A stretch of DNA of 18,298 nucleotides. It comes from Amoeboradix gromovi X-113. Its lineage: Eukaryota > Fungi > Sanchytriomycota. Every line of letters starts with the position of its first letter. Within the stretch, counting starts at the first letter, position 1. The notes below the pieces were generated by a model. It did not search any database. It saw only the letters and a list, made by a program, of their open reading frames with translations, and was not told where the DNA came from. The stretch spans positions 1 to 18,298 of the forward strand of contig JADGIF010000130.1 of assembly GCA_018985225.1 (NCBI GenBank), in the 5' to 3' direction. Shown one piece after another: positions 1 to 8,615 of this stretch. Made by a program: the position numbers and the translations under genes.

Positions 1-477
1 TACTGTGAAAATTTCAACTGGGTAAATCTCGTCACTCGCTTTTTACCCCTAGTCTACTTTCTACAGAGTGTGTCCCAATGCCATGATTAGGAATCTTGAA
101 GATGGTTATCATCAGACCCGCAGCCATAGTAAATCTTTTAAAATTTAAACTTTCGTGAATAGTTTTCTTGGATTATACAGCTCGCAAACAAATAGATTAA
201 TTCCGAATTGATCACTTAGTTAGATCAGGAGAATTCGTTGCCAACACATCTATTCCCACAAAATCTACAAAAAACTAGAGAACACTTAAAGACAACACGG
301 GCCATGAAAACTAGAACGAACTGGAGTTGAAGTACTTGACAAAAAAAAGAAAAAGTAATTTGACGAGTAGCACCCAAAATAAAAGTGCTTAAAAATCTTT
401 ATCGCACAAATCTTATCAGGTGTGGCAATGTTACGTGGCTTCATTTTTGATACCAATTTATCTTGTACGTCGTTGAC

Positions 478-2091
478 ATGTTACGTTTTCTCAAATTGAA
501 TCATTTCTTCCAATTTTTTTCGTTTACATCTTTACTGCTAATCTTAATTTTACTTAACGAGAACACAACAAGCAAATCTGATTATCGAATTGAAGAACCA
601 GCTATATCGAATATCAACGGCTGTAAAAAATTTAAAATACTGAATTCTTATCCCATACATTTCCCTGAGTTACGATACTATCAACATGAAGCATACAGTG
701 ACATATTCATGATCCCATCAGATTTGCCAGCAACTTCCTTTATTAACCTTGTTGAGCCATATTTAAAAGTCAAAATCCAGTTTGTCGCTTTAATGAATCA
801 CGACGAGCCTTTATCCTGTCACTTACTGAATAGGAATTTTACTGCATACACTAGTTTATGGAATAGCCACCACCACGAACGGATTTTTACGTCAGTTATT
901 TGGTGCGATGTTCTGGTTAACTTGGTTAATACTACTTTGAAAGTTAATAATAATATCGTACAGTACACATACAATGAAGAATATGAGCTATTAGACTCTA
1001 TTTCGTATGTAGAAATGCTGTCTATAACCAATGTGACAGTGGATACCTGTGTCATCGATATTCCCCAACTCCCAATAACCATGTACAAGTTCTTAATTAA
1101 TCAGATATTCCCATACCCTGTTGTAGAACACTCTATCAGCTCTCCATTCCTGCATGATATTAGTATGTGCGTATCACCATTGCGTGGCAACATCCCTTAT
1201 TTAGCAGAATGGCTGGAATATTATATTTTAATGGGAATCACCCATTTCTACATATATGACTACCAACTTAGCAGAGAAGGGCTGGATTTGCTGTTTTTCT
1301 ACCAAGAAAGAGGTCTAGTCACAGTAATACCCTGGTATATGATGATTAAAGGATTCAATGTTAAGCAGGGATGGTACTACTTCCAAGCCGCAGCTAACAA
1401 TGACTGTGTGTTCCAGTTCAGAAGCACCAGTAAGTATTTGATGTTTGTAGACCCCGATGAGTTTGTCAAAGTGCCTTTCACACTGGTTGAACTGATTAGC
1501 GAATTTGAAAGGAATAGTAGATATGATATACTGGTAGAGATAGAGCTCAGCAATTGGTTTTACAGTACCCAAATAGACGTCAAACTACAGCAAAAACCGT
1601 TAAAAATAAACAACGATGTGATGAACGAGTATTTACTTAACATAAAGAGCAAGCTGGCTATAAATGCTATAAGCACCCATTCTTCTGACAGATGGCACAG
1701 ATTTGAATCCTTGGTAACTTTGATGTCTTACAAATCCAAGGAGCCAGAGCACAGTAGAAAGAAGTTTATTGCGAAATCAATGGTTGTTGAGCAAACCGAG
1801 ATACATAGAGCCATTCCTTACCACTATACCCTCAAATACGAATTGCCAATTGAACAGGGATATGTAATGCATTTTAGAGAATTGAATTATGGCTTGTTTG
1901 GTAGTAAATACGCAGAGCAGCGGGATTTGATCAAGGTACAATCAGAGCACGATTTAGATACATTTGACCTGACTAGCACCACATTGGATACCACATATCT
2001 ATATGAGAAGAGAAAAGCAATAATGTCACGATTAGAAGCTGTAAAGTTGGCGTACCTGGATTGGAAGATATCGCATACTGAGAAAGAATGA
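478..2091 (+). CDS. Glycosyltransferase family 92 (DUF23)-like type II membrane protein
   Basis: N-terminal TM segment (FFSFTSLLLILILL). GT92-typical motifs SMCVSPL, LAEWLEYYILMGITHFYIY, GLVTVIPW, QAAANNDCV and YLMFVDPDEF (DxD). First ATG is at 478; the track start 463 is TTG. Confidence 0.8.
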   Translation: MLRFLKLNHFFQFFSFTSLLLILILLNENTTSKSDYRIEEPAISNINGCKKFKILNSYPIHFPELRYYQHEAYSDIFMIPSDLPATSFINLVEPYLKVKIQFVALMNHDEPLSCHLLNRNFTAYTSLWNSHHHERIFTSVIWCDVLVNLVNTTLKVNNNIVQYTYNEEYELLDSISYVEMLSITNVTVDTCVIDIPQLPITMYKFLINQIFPYPVVEHSISSPFLHDISMCVSPLRGNIPYLAEWLEYYILMGITHFYIYDYQLSREGLDLLFFYQERGLVTVIPWYMMIKGFNVKQGWYYFQAAANNDCVFQFRSTSKYLMFVDPDEFVKVPFTLVELISEFERNSRYDILVEIELSNWFYSTQIDVKLQQKPLKINNDVMNEYLLNIKSKLAINAISTHSSDRWHRFESLVTLMSYKSKEPEHSRKKFIAKSMVVEQTEIHRAIPYHYTLKYELPIEQGYVMHFRELNYGLFGSKYAEQRDLIKVQSEHDLDTFDLTSTTLDTTYLYEKRKAIMSRLEAVKLAYLDWKISHTEKE

Positions 2092-2384
2092 CAGTAAATT
2101 TTTATTCTTTTTAATTTTTAAACTACAGAGTAACTCAGCAAAAGAGGCATGAATGTAAATTATTGAAGAGGTGTTTCTAACAATAGATTTATCTTATACA
2201 CGAATAAGATTCTGCTGAGTTGTATAATAAGTTCATCGTTGGTGAAGATTATGAGCACGGTTAGTTTCGCCACATATCTGAAAATATAGCACTAGTTATA
2301 GTAAGTATTCCGGTTTTCATTTGTTTACTGTTTTACGAAAAGCAGTCGCCAGGCTCATCAAATTCAAAGGTTACAAAGACAATG

Positions 2385-2624
2385 TACAGAATCTTTTTAC
2401 ACCGATTATCAGAAAATACAGTGCCCATACTATCTAGAAAATGTTGTGTCAAACTAATAAGCTAAAAGAATTTCCAGTCCTTGAATATCTGATAGCAAAT
2501 GGTGAACGGCCAAAGGGTAGGGGTTAGAAATTATAGCAAAAGTATATCTCCAGGTAATGAAATATGTGGCATTTTTGTACAACAGTTACTCTAGTTTTTA
2601 CAATGGGTCTTCCGAATTGAAGAG
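2385..2624 (+). mobile_element. Highly decayed IS607/Fanzor2 element copy (copy F, tentative)
   Basis: IIRKYSAHT at 2405 resembles the HTH segment ITSRYSIHS. 'tatctccaggtaatgaaatatgtggcatt' (2545) resembles 'tatctcgcctcagggtagtgaaagcgtgagcaat'. The end 'atgggtcttccgaattgaagagta' resembles 'atcaggtctttcaacgaggagta'. Motifs are in the right order but identity is low. Confidence 0.4.
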
Positions 2625-2634
2625 TAAAATTTTA

Positions 2635-2991
2635 TTAGTTTTCAGCATCTGCGGCATCAGGTGACTCCGTATGCACATCTACTATTATCACAACAGAGTC
2701 GCCTCTTACAAATAACTTGCTAATAAACTTCTCTCTTTTCAATGGTTCATTATTGACATGCTCAATGTACATCTCAGTGACATTCTCTAGCACTAGATTA
2801 CAATGTCTATCTACAGCTTTTGGTATTGCTAACAATTTCTTATTATTTCTCATCGATATCATAATTCTTTGTCGGTTCTTAATTGCACTCATAATAAGTT
2901 TAAATGGACCATTCTGCATATCCACCTCTTCTTTCATTCTATTCTCTTCTTCTGGGTTGTTTGTTTTTGGATCAATGACTGTTGTTGACAT
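2635..2991 (-). CDS. SMD2: Small nuclear ribonucleoprotein Sm D2
   Basis: GPFKLI...MRNNKKLLA..KAVDRHCNLVLENVTEM (Sm1) and REKFISKLFVRGDSVVII (Sm2) match SmD2. Confidence 0.93.
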   Translation of the reverse strand: MSTTVIDPKTNNPEEENRMKEEVDMQNGPFKLIMSAIKNRQRIMISMRNNKKLLAIPKAVDRHCNLVLENVTEMYIEHVNNEPLKREKFISKLFVRGDSVVIIVDVHTESPDAADAEN

Positions 2992-3305
2992 CCTGCTACT
3001 TGGGGTTGAGATTGTTTTATTATTTTGTCACTCTATGTGGCCCCGTTTGAGCATCTTTCCGTACTGCTTTGATATCGCACGTTAAGTGAATTACCGAGTT
3101 GGTCTCTTAATTTTGGGGCTCATAACTCTAATGCTTCAGCTACCTTCCAATATCAATCGCAACAAAAGAGAGTTCGTAATATTATCAAGATTTCTCAGTA
3201 ATACAGTCAATCTCTGTGGAACAACGCTGCAAATACTCACCACTGCAAGCACAATGCTTGTAACGACAGTTTTGAAGCCCAGTACCGACATCTTTTGACT
3301 TATAT

Positions 3306-4958
3306 TTATTTACTAATCAAGTACAGTATGGATATGGCCATCTTTCTCTTTACGATTCTTGAATCTCCTATTAATTCGATTAACCAAGATTGGATGTTGT
3401 CCCAACTTTCCATTAATTTATTGTCATCTTTGTTCATTTTGTAATATTGCACGAAATGCCGAATCATAATCAACGACTTTTCTTGTACTTTTGCATCCCG
3501 AAGCATCCAGTCCATTAACCCCTGAATTACGTTAATAGGGTCCCAGCTCATTCCCCTTAACACCTCCCTGGTCGTCAACCTGTACATACAATGCAGCACC
3601 ATGAATGTACTTGTAGTATCCATTCCAATAACATTGGTATCAGCAAGTGGTTTCGATAGTTTTTCAAACAATATTTGTAATTTGGGTTTGTTTTGAGATT
3701 TGCTCAGCTGCAGTACAAATTGAGAGGTGTTTTCTTGTAAAATAAAAATGTTACCCAATAAAAAACAGCAGTTGTTTTGAATTTCATCCAAATACCCTAA
3801 CAGTATGCTGGCATTGAAATCATTGTAATTTATCAAATACTGTCGGAATCCTAACTGAGTAAAAGACATCAATGTGAATATATCACTCATACGATGCATT
3901 GGGTGAACAAGGGTATTTCCAATTTGGCTGTGAATGCAGCTAATTAAATGCAGAATGTTCAATAAATCAGAAATTGTTGGTAAAAGTTGAAATTGCTTAT
4001 TGTTTGTCTTAATGGCATGAGAATTACGAGAATTGATAATAAATATTATATCAATGTCGAACCAAGATTGAAACAAAGATAATAAAAGCATAGATAGATT
4101 TAAGGTGACGTCTAACAAATCTAATTTAAGAATGAAAGGCTCAAGTTCTTTACGATGACAAAAGTTAGAAAATGTCCTCAAAAACATCAAACATAACTCT
4201 AAAAGCATAAATGAATTCTGCTGCCAAGATCTGAAATCATTATTTGTAGTTTTCTTGTTCCCAGTCAAACAACCCACCAGGCATTCAACTTGGCTCTTAA
4301 AGCAATGGAATATGGTGTTGTAAAACTCTGGGTTCTCAACAAAATTAAAATCTATCTGTGCATCTAATGCGCATATGTTGATGATTGTAATTGCTTGCTG
4401 GACTTCATCATAAATATCAGATTCCAGCATTTTAATGATGGTCAAGGTATCAATAACACCCAGGTCCTGTAGCAACGCTATTTTACTAGGGTCATTAGTA
4501 GGTCTCAGCATACTGCCAAGACGATCGTGCATCATCGTGGCAAACCCATAGTTACGGGAAATTAAAAACTGGTTCAATTCTTTTAGCGGAAACGGAGAGC
4601 ATCTATCGTATATCATATTGCCATCAAATGGCTTGTAACTCTTTACTTTAAAAGTATCTCCAGAATAGAATTCATCCATCGGGTCCGTTGTTGCGTTTTC
4701 AAATGATAACAAATGCTGTTCATATAAATGCTTTAACTCTTGACTGCAAGTTACATCACCCAAAATAGTGTTCGCGCATGACTCCCAATTACAGTTTTTA
4801 TATCCCCCTAGTTGTTGAACTTGAACAAACAATTTAGTAAGTGTAACTGGATTATTGTTCAGTCTTGGGCTGACTAGTGGCATATTTCTAAGCTTGAAAT
4901 AGGCAGACAGACTTGCTGCTACTTCTGTTTCGGTTCGATCTTGAGCAGGCTGACTCAT
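3306..4958 (-). CDS. ARID-domain protein, SWI1/ARID1-like SWI/SNF subunit
   Basis: N-terminal ARID (PRLNNNPVTLTKLFVQVQQLGGY...W...LG...ELKHLYEQHLLSFE). 'IIKMLESDIYDEVQQAITIINI' resembles the start of the BAF250/SWI1 ARM region, followed by a helical C-terminus. First ATG is at 4958; 4988 is GTG. Confidence 0.7.
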   Translation of the reverse strand: MSQPAQDRTETEVAASLSAYFKLRNMPLVSPRLNNNPVTLTKLFVQVQQLGGYKNCNWESCANTILGDVTCSQELKHLYEQHLLSFENATTDPMDEFYSGDTFKVKSYKPFDGNMIYDRCSPFPLKELNQFLISRNYGFATMMHDRLGSMLRPTNDPSKIALLQDLGVIDTLTIIKMLESDIYDEVQQAITIINICALDAQIDFNFVENPEFYNTIFHCFKSQVECLVGCLTGNKKTTNNDFRSWQQNSFMLLELCLMFLRTFSNFCHRKELEPFILKLDLLDVTLNLSMLLLSLFQSWFDIDIIFIINSRNSHAIKTNNKQFQLLPTISDLLNILHLISCIHSQIGNTLVHPMHRMSDIFTLMSFTQLGFRQYLINYNDFNASILLGYLDEIQNNCCFLLGNIFILQENTSQFVLQLSKSQNKPKLQILFEKLSKPLADTNVIGMDTTSTFMVLHCMYRLTTREVLRGMSWDPINVIQGLMDWMLRDAKVQEKSLIMIRHFVQYYKMNKDDNKLMESWDNIQSWLIELIGDSRIVKRKMAISILYLISK

Positions 4959-4982
4959 GCGAATTTTGTTTCGTCTCCAGTA

Positions 4983-5935
4983 CTCCACATTAAAAGTCTT
5001 GGCTTCCTAGTAACCAAGGATTTTCACAGGAAAACTGAAATACCAGCCGAGGCGTTAAATCAGTGTTTGACTCACTGGAACCATGATGCGGGGTTGAATG
5101 TGGATTCATGCATTTCAAGCTTATATTTCTTGTAGCAATGTGGTCGCTATTTACTTCCAAATTACATCTAGTGGGACACCAGATATAAAACTAGACAAGT
5201 CGTTTTTAAAGTTGGTACTCCATAAGGATGAATACTATTAGTAATAAAAGTTTTTTTCTTTCATTAATGTCATTCCTCTCTTTAAAATAAAACAAGAAGA
5301 CCCAATATCTCTTTCAAATATACGAGGTCTTTGAGTGTCAAGGCAAAAGGTGCATTATCTATTCCTTTTTCTTCTTACCACCTTTCGTATAACTTATTTT
5401 TTGTTTTCTCTTCTTATTAATAATTGTTTCTAGGATTTTGATGGATGAAAAGCTTTTATACTAAAATAATTTACTCGAACCAGTCAGATTAATTTAATTT
5501 ACTATCGGTTAACACACACTTGAAATAACGATTCAAACTATTTCAGAAAGTTAGTCTAGTTACTATGTTTAATGTAGCTCTTGTTAAACTTTTCAAAAAA
5601 ATTTCTTTAGAGTACCGCACGTTGTACATTTTTTCACTAGCGAATGCTCAATTCATTCTACCAATGTATTTCCTCTCTATTTGTGTGATGATCATATTAC
5701 TTGATCATTAACTATTCTCTGAATTCAGAAGAAATCTATTCTATATCTTTTGGTGATGTATTTAAATTGGACATATTCTGGTTGAGATGGTTTAAGGCAT
5801 TAATTATTGATGAGAAATGATGACCCCCCCCCCAGTTTTCATAAAATGGAAAAATTCAGAATTGTGGTTTAATTGAGCAATAACAGTCATGAAAATCACG
5901 ACAAATAGTTAGCTCGATTAAAATCGTCACTGGAA
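4983..5935 (-). mobile_element. IS607/Fanzor2 element remnant (copy E), interrupted by a MITE
   Basis: On the minus strand, in order: left-end-like 'cgattttaatcgagctaactatttgtcgtgattttcatg'; HTH start QPEYVQFKYITKRYRI (~5785-5735); K*RGNTLVE*IEHSLVKKCTTCGTLKK (~5682-5600); MITE 5173-5577; TRCNLEVNSDHIATRNISLK (5172-5113); structured right end ending 'aagccaagacttttaatgtggag'. Confidence 0.8.
5173..5577. mobile_element. MITE (TIR non-autonomous element), copy 1
   Basis: Begins GGGACACCAGATATAAAACTAGAC and ends in degenerate GTCTAGTTACTATGTTTAATGTAG. 5174-5355 and 5478-5561 are inverted matches to 6982-7132 and 6893-6982. It splits the Fanzor zinc-finger coding sequence. Confidence 0.8.
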
Positions 5936-5970
5936 GCAATAATGGAAATTTAGTTTATTTACTTGCCCAA

Positions 5971-6315
5971 TTAAACTTCATTGGGATTCAGTAGCATGTT
6001 AGGAATTCCATTAGCAATTGTAAATATGTGGTTGCATTTATCGCAAATCATTTTACCCTCCAATATTTCTATCCCCAATAGTACCTTATGTAGCAACGAT
6101 AATTCGCATTCTTGGATTGTTGCTGGTAATTGTATACTGAGTTTCTTACTTTCCTCTACAATTACTCCATATTCTATCTTTTCCAATATTCCTAGCATAA
6201 ATGATTCATTGTATTCTGCTTCAACTTCATCTGCCTTATCTACTGCTAATGATAACGGAAATTGTCCACAATTCTTTACATTGCACATTAACAGATTATG
6301 TGTCAACATCTTCAT
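5971..6315 (-). CDS. TRM112: Multifunctional methyltransferase activator Trm112
   Basis: MKMLTHNLLMCNVKNC..FPL and LHKVLL.IEILEGKMICDKCNHIFTIANGIPNMLL. Confidence 0.95.
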   Translation of the reverse strand: MKMLTHNLLMCNVKNCGQFPLSLAVDKADEVEAEYNESFMLGILEKIEYGVIVEESKKLSIQLPATIQECELSLLHKVLLGIEILEGKMICDKCNHIFTIANGIPNMLLNPNEV

Positions 6316-6366
6316 TTTACAAATCTTTAGGTTTCAGTAGGGGTCGAAAGCTACCACGTTACACAC

Positions 6367-6850
6367 AGACAGCTATTGAACTTTGTAGAATAAATAATTT
6401 ATCGAGAATCTGTATGAGTTTTTATATAATTGCATGACTTTTCCAATACTTCAAGTACTCGATATCTTCATTTTCACAAATGGTAAGTGAAATCAATGGG
6501 TGCAATCCTGAATATGTCAAGTCTGAAGAAATAACCAACAGTTACGGTGTACATTCATGAACGTTGAGAACCCAAACATGGAACAATTAGATATCTTTCA
6601 ATGCCTACAAAGAGATCAACAATAAATAAGCTTGTAAACCGTTTATTTAATAATTCGTGTGATTATTCTTACCACATGTGCAACAATAGAGACCATATGG
6701 CAGCAAGGAATATATACAAGTACATGATCCGTATTCAATCCCGCCTCAGGGTAGTGAAAGTGTGAGCAATCACTCTAACGGATTTACTATAATTGCTAGT
6801 TTCTCTGGAAATTCTCGATTTTCTCGGAGATCAGGACTTTTAACGAGGAG
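6367..6850 (+). mobile_element. IS607/Fanzor2 element remnant (copy A)
   Basis: Homology to 17630-18199 starts at AGACAGCT. ATG 6480 opens MVSEINGCNPEYVKSEEITNSYGVHS*TLR / KHGTIRYLSMP (MerR-like TnpA HTH). Then INKLVNRLFNN..(V)IILP-like fragment at 6622-6675, NRDHMAARNIYKY, and a structured right end ending tcaggacttttaacgaggag. Confidence 0.85.
6735..6850 (+). ncRNA. Candidate Fanzor omegaRNA scaffold (copy A)
   Basis: Conserved non-coding right end. Stem AGTGA(6753)/TCACT(6774) encloses gt-GTGA-gc; terminal hairpin ttct-c-gatttt-ctcg-gagatc-agga (6812-6836). Confidence 0.55.
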
Positions 6851-6876
6851 CAACTCCACTGAAGATACTAACATAC

Positions 6877-7132
6877 GGGACATCAAATATAAAAACTAGA
6901 CTTACTTTCTGAAATAGTCTGAATCATTATATCAAGTGTGTGTTAACCAATAGTAAATTAAAATAAATTAATCTTATTGGTTGCACCTTTTGCTTAGACA
7001 ATAAGAGACCTCGTATATTTTAAAGAGAGGAATGACATTAATGAAAGAAGGACTTTTATTAATATTATTATTTCCTCCTTACGGAGCACCTCCTTTAAAG
7101 ACGACTTGGTCTAGTTTTTATATTTGGTGTCC
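6877..7132. mobile_element. MITE, copy 2 (~255 bp, 24-bp TIRs)
   Basis: Left TIR GGACATCAAATATAAAAACTAGAC and right TIR GTCTAGTTTTTATATTTGGTGTCC (1 mismatch in 24). No ORF. Inverted homolog at 5173-5577. Confidence 0.85.
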
Positions 7133-7272
7133 ATAAGTTCCTAATTTTAAGTATAAGATTGATAATTAGAGAAAAAGCGTACAAAATAAGAGATCGGGAC
7201 ATTTACTATGGGTGCCAGTAGAAATGGTTACGTTATAGGCATAGCATTAGTTGACAGCAATCTTTTAGAAAT

Positions 7273-7860
7273 CTCCTTGAAAGTCCTGATTTCCTAAGAG
7301 AAACTGAGAACACTAGTTACTCGATTACATTTGTCGCTCAGAATTCCGCAATCCTGTGGTGGGATTGGCAATACTTGCAAAAGACCATTTCCAACATTTT
7401 TAGTATCTCTAGCTGTAAGGAAGCCCTTGGTCGAGCAATGCTATGTAATTTAATCTCATCTTTGTATTTATTGCATGCTCTGCATCTATCAGCAATCTCT
7501 TTAGGTCGCGAGACCTGGACCGATTGGCAATTTTTGAAAAGAGAGATAATCAAGTTTTTACGCAGCTAACAGTCTAGAAAGAGAGCACATTAGCAGAGTG
7601 TATCTCATGTTACGATGATAAATGGCCAATTGAACTAAAATCGATAGCCATTTCTGCCATGGGCAATTGAAGAGAGTAGGATCGTGTCTCATAATCGTTT
7701 ACAACTTCGAGTGTGAGCAGACTTGTAGTTGCCGCCATCTCGCAAATTCTAAGCCAAATTTAGGAAGGTAATTTAGCTTCAGAGCAGATAGATGGACGCC
7801 CAACTTTTGTGCGTCTCAGAATTAGATATGCCTTAAGATTGGTGATTGGCTTCTAGGTCT
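7273..7860 (-). mobile_element. Diverged IS607/Fanzor2 element remnant (copy C)
   Basis: Right end is clear: 'aatcccaccacaggattgcggaattctgagc...ttctcagtttctcttaggaaatcaggactttcaaggag'. Upstream are frameshifted traces CRACNKYK (CRAC at 7484-7473), CSTKGFLTARDTKNVGN (same spacing as CTKCHLKIDRDHMAARN) and AQKLGVHLSALK (HTH-like, ~7812-7777). The 5' boundary is uncertain. Confidence 0.6.
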
Positions 7861-7880
7861 CTTAGCACTATTTAATTGAG

Positions 7881-8309
7881 ATGACTGATTACAGATGCAC
7901 CAAAATGATTTACTTTATAACTATATTTGCAATCCCTATGGAAATTGGTCCTGTTCCAGATGCGCCAAAAGCCAAAGATAGAAGACAATTTTGGACACCT
8001 AAACCTGTTCTCACCAATCTGAGACCATATAAGGAGTTTGTTGAACCCCGAGCCCCCAGGAACTTAGATTTCCAAAAGAAACAACTGATGGGCAGACAGA
8101 ACGACGGTTTAATGAAAATTTTACTTGATACTATGAACAGAAAATATCCAAGTGTTTCTCAACATCGAATAGCCCAAGATTTCCAACAAGCTCAAGATAT
8201 TCGAGCAGCATCTCCAAAACGTGGCGCAGCTGTTATCACGGCCCCAGTACATGCAAGACCCAAAACGATTACAATTAAGCCAAGTCCACCGCGCGCATTA
8301 TTTTTTTAA
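7881..8309 (+). CDS. Hypothetical basic/Pro-rich protein, possibly secreted (alternative start 7905, MIYFITIFA)
   Basis: 142-aa ATG ORF with a short hydrophobic segment near the N-terminus, followed directly by AATAAA. No recognisable domain. Confidence 0.55.
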   Translation: MTDYRCTKMIYFITIFAIPMEIGPVPDAPKAKDRRQFWTPKPVLTNLRPYKEFVEPRAPRNLDFQKKQLMGRQNDGLMKILLDTMNRKYPSVSQHRIAQDFQQAQDIRAASPKRGAAVITAPVHARPKTITIKPSPPRALFF

Positions 8310-8615
8310 TAAATATTACATAAATTTTCATCACTACCAAAGTTTTTGGAACACTCATTGCAAATTAGCTGGTCTAGTTTCTACATAGCTATCTGTACGC
8401 CAGCACCTAATAACTAGGTGAAGCTGTCCTAATACCATTTCTTCTCTAGCAAGTTGGCATTTATCATTTGTTACTGGAATTTGGACGACTTGTAGATCTG
8501 ACTCAATAGCTGTGCAATCCTTTCGAAATTAAGTGACCGCCTGAGTACTTAAACCCGATTTAAATAGTTTAAATATACTTGTGCGTGGCTACTTGACTTC
8601 TTCCCCAAAGTTTCA

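Noticed and set aside
255-320. MITE-TIR-like words (aaaaactaga, acgggccatgaaaactaga); similar words near 8380 and 14715
   Set aside because: Short AT-rich matches without a partner TIR or internal homology.
325-435. Possible further Fanzor zinc-finger relic (LKYLTKKR...FIAQI.IRCGNV)
   Set aside because: Needs frameshifts, spacing is wrong and no scaffold follows; indistinguishable from chance by eye.
5824-5833. C10 homopolymer in AT-rich DNA
   Set aside because: A single run inside copy E, likely slippage. Not a G-quadruplex pattern or telomeric repeat.
7338-7569. ORFs 7338-7553 (-) and 7375-7569 (+), plus 4941-5135, 6201-6437, 17695-17901 and 17942-18124
   Set aside because: They fall within or across decayed element copies, and there is no evidence of independent genes.
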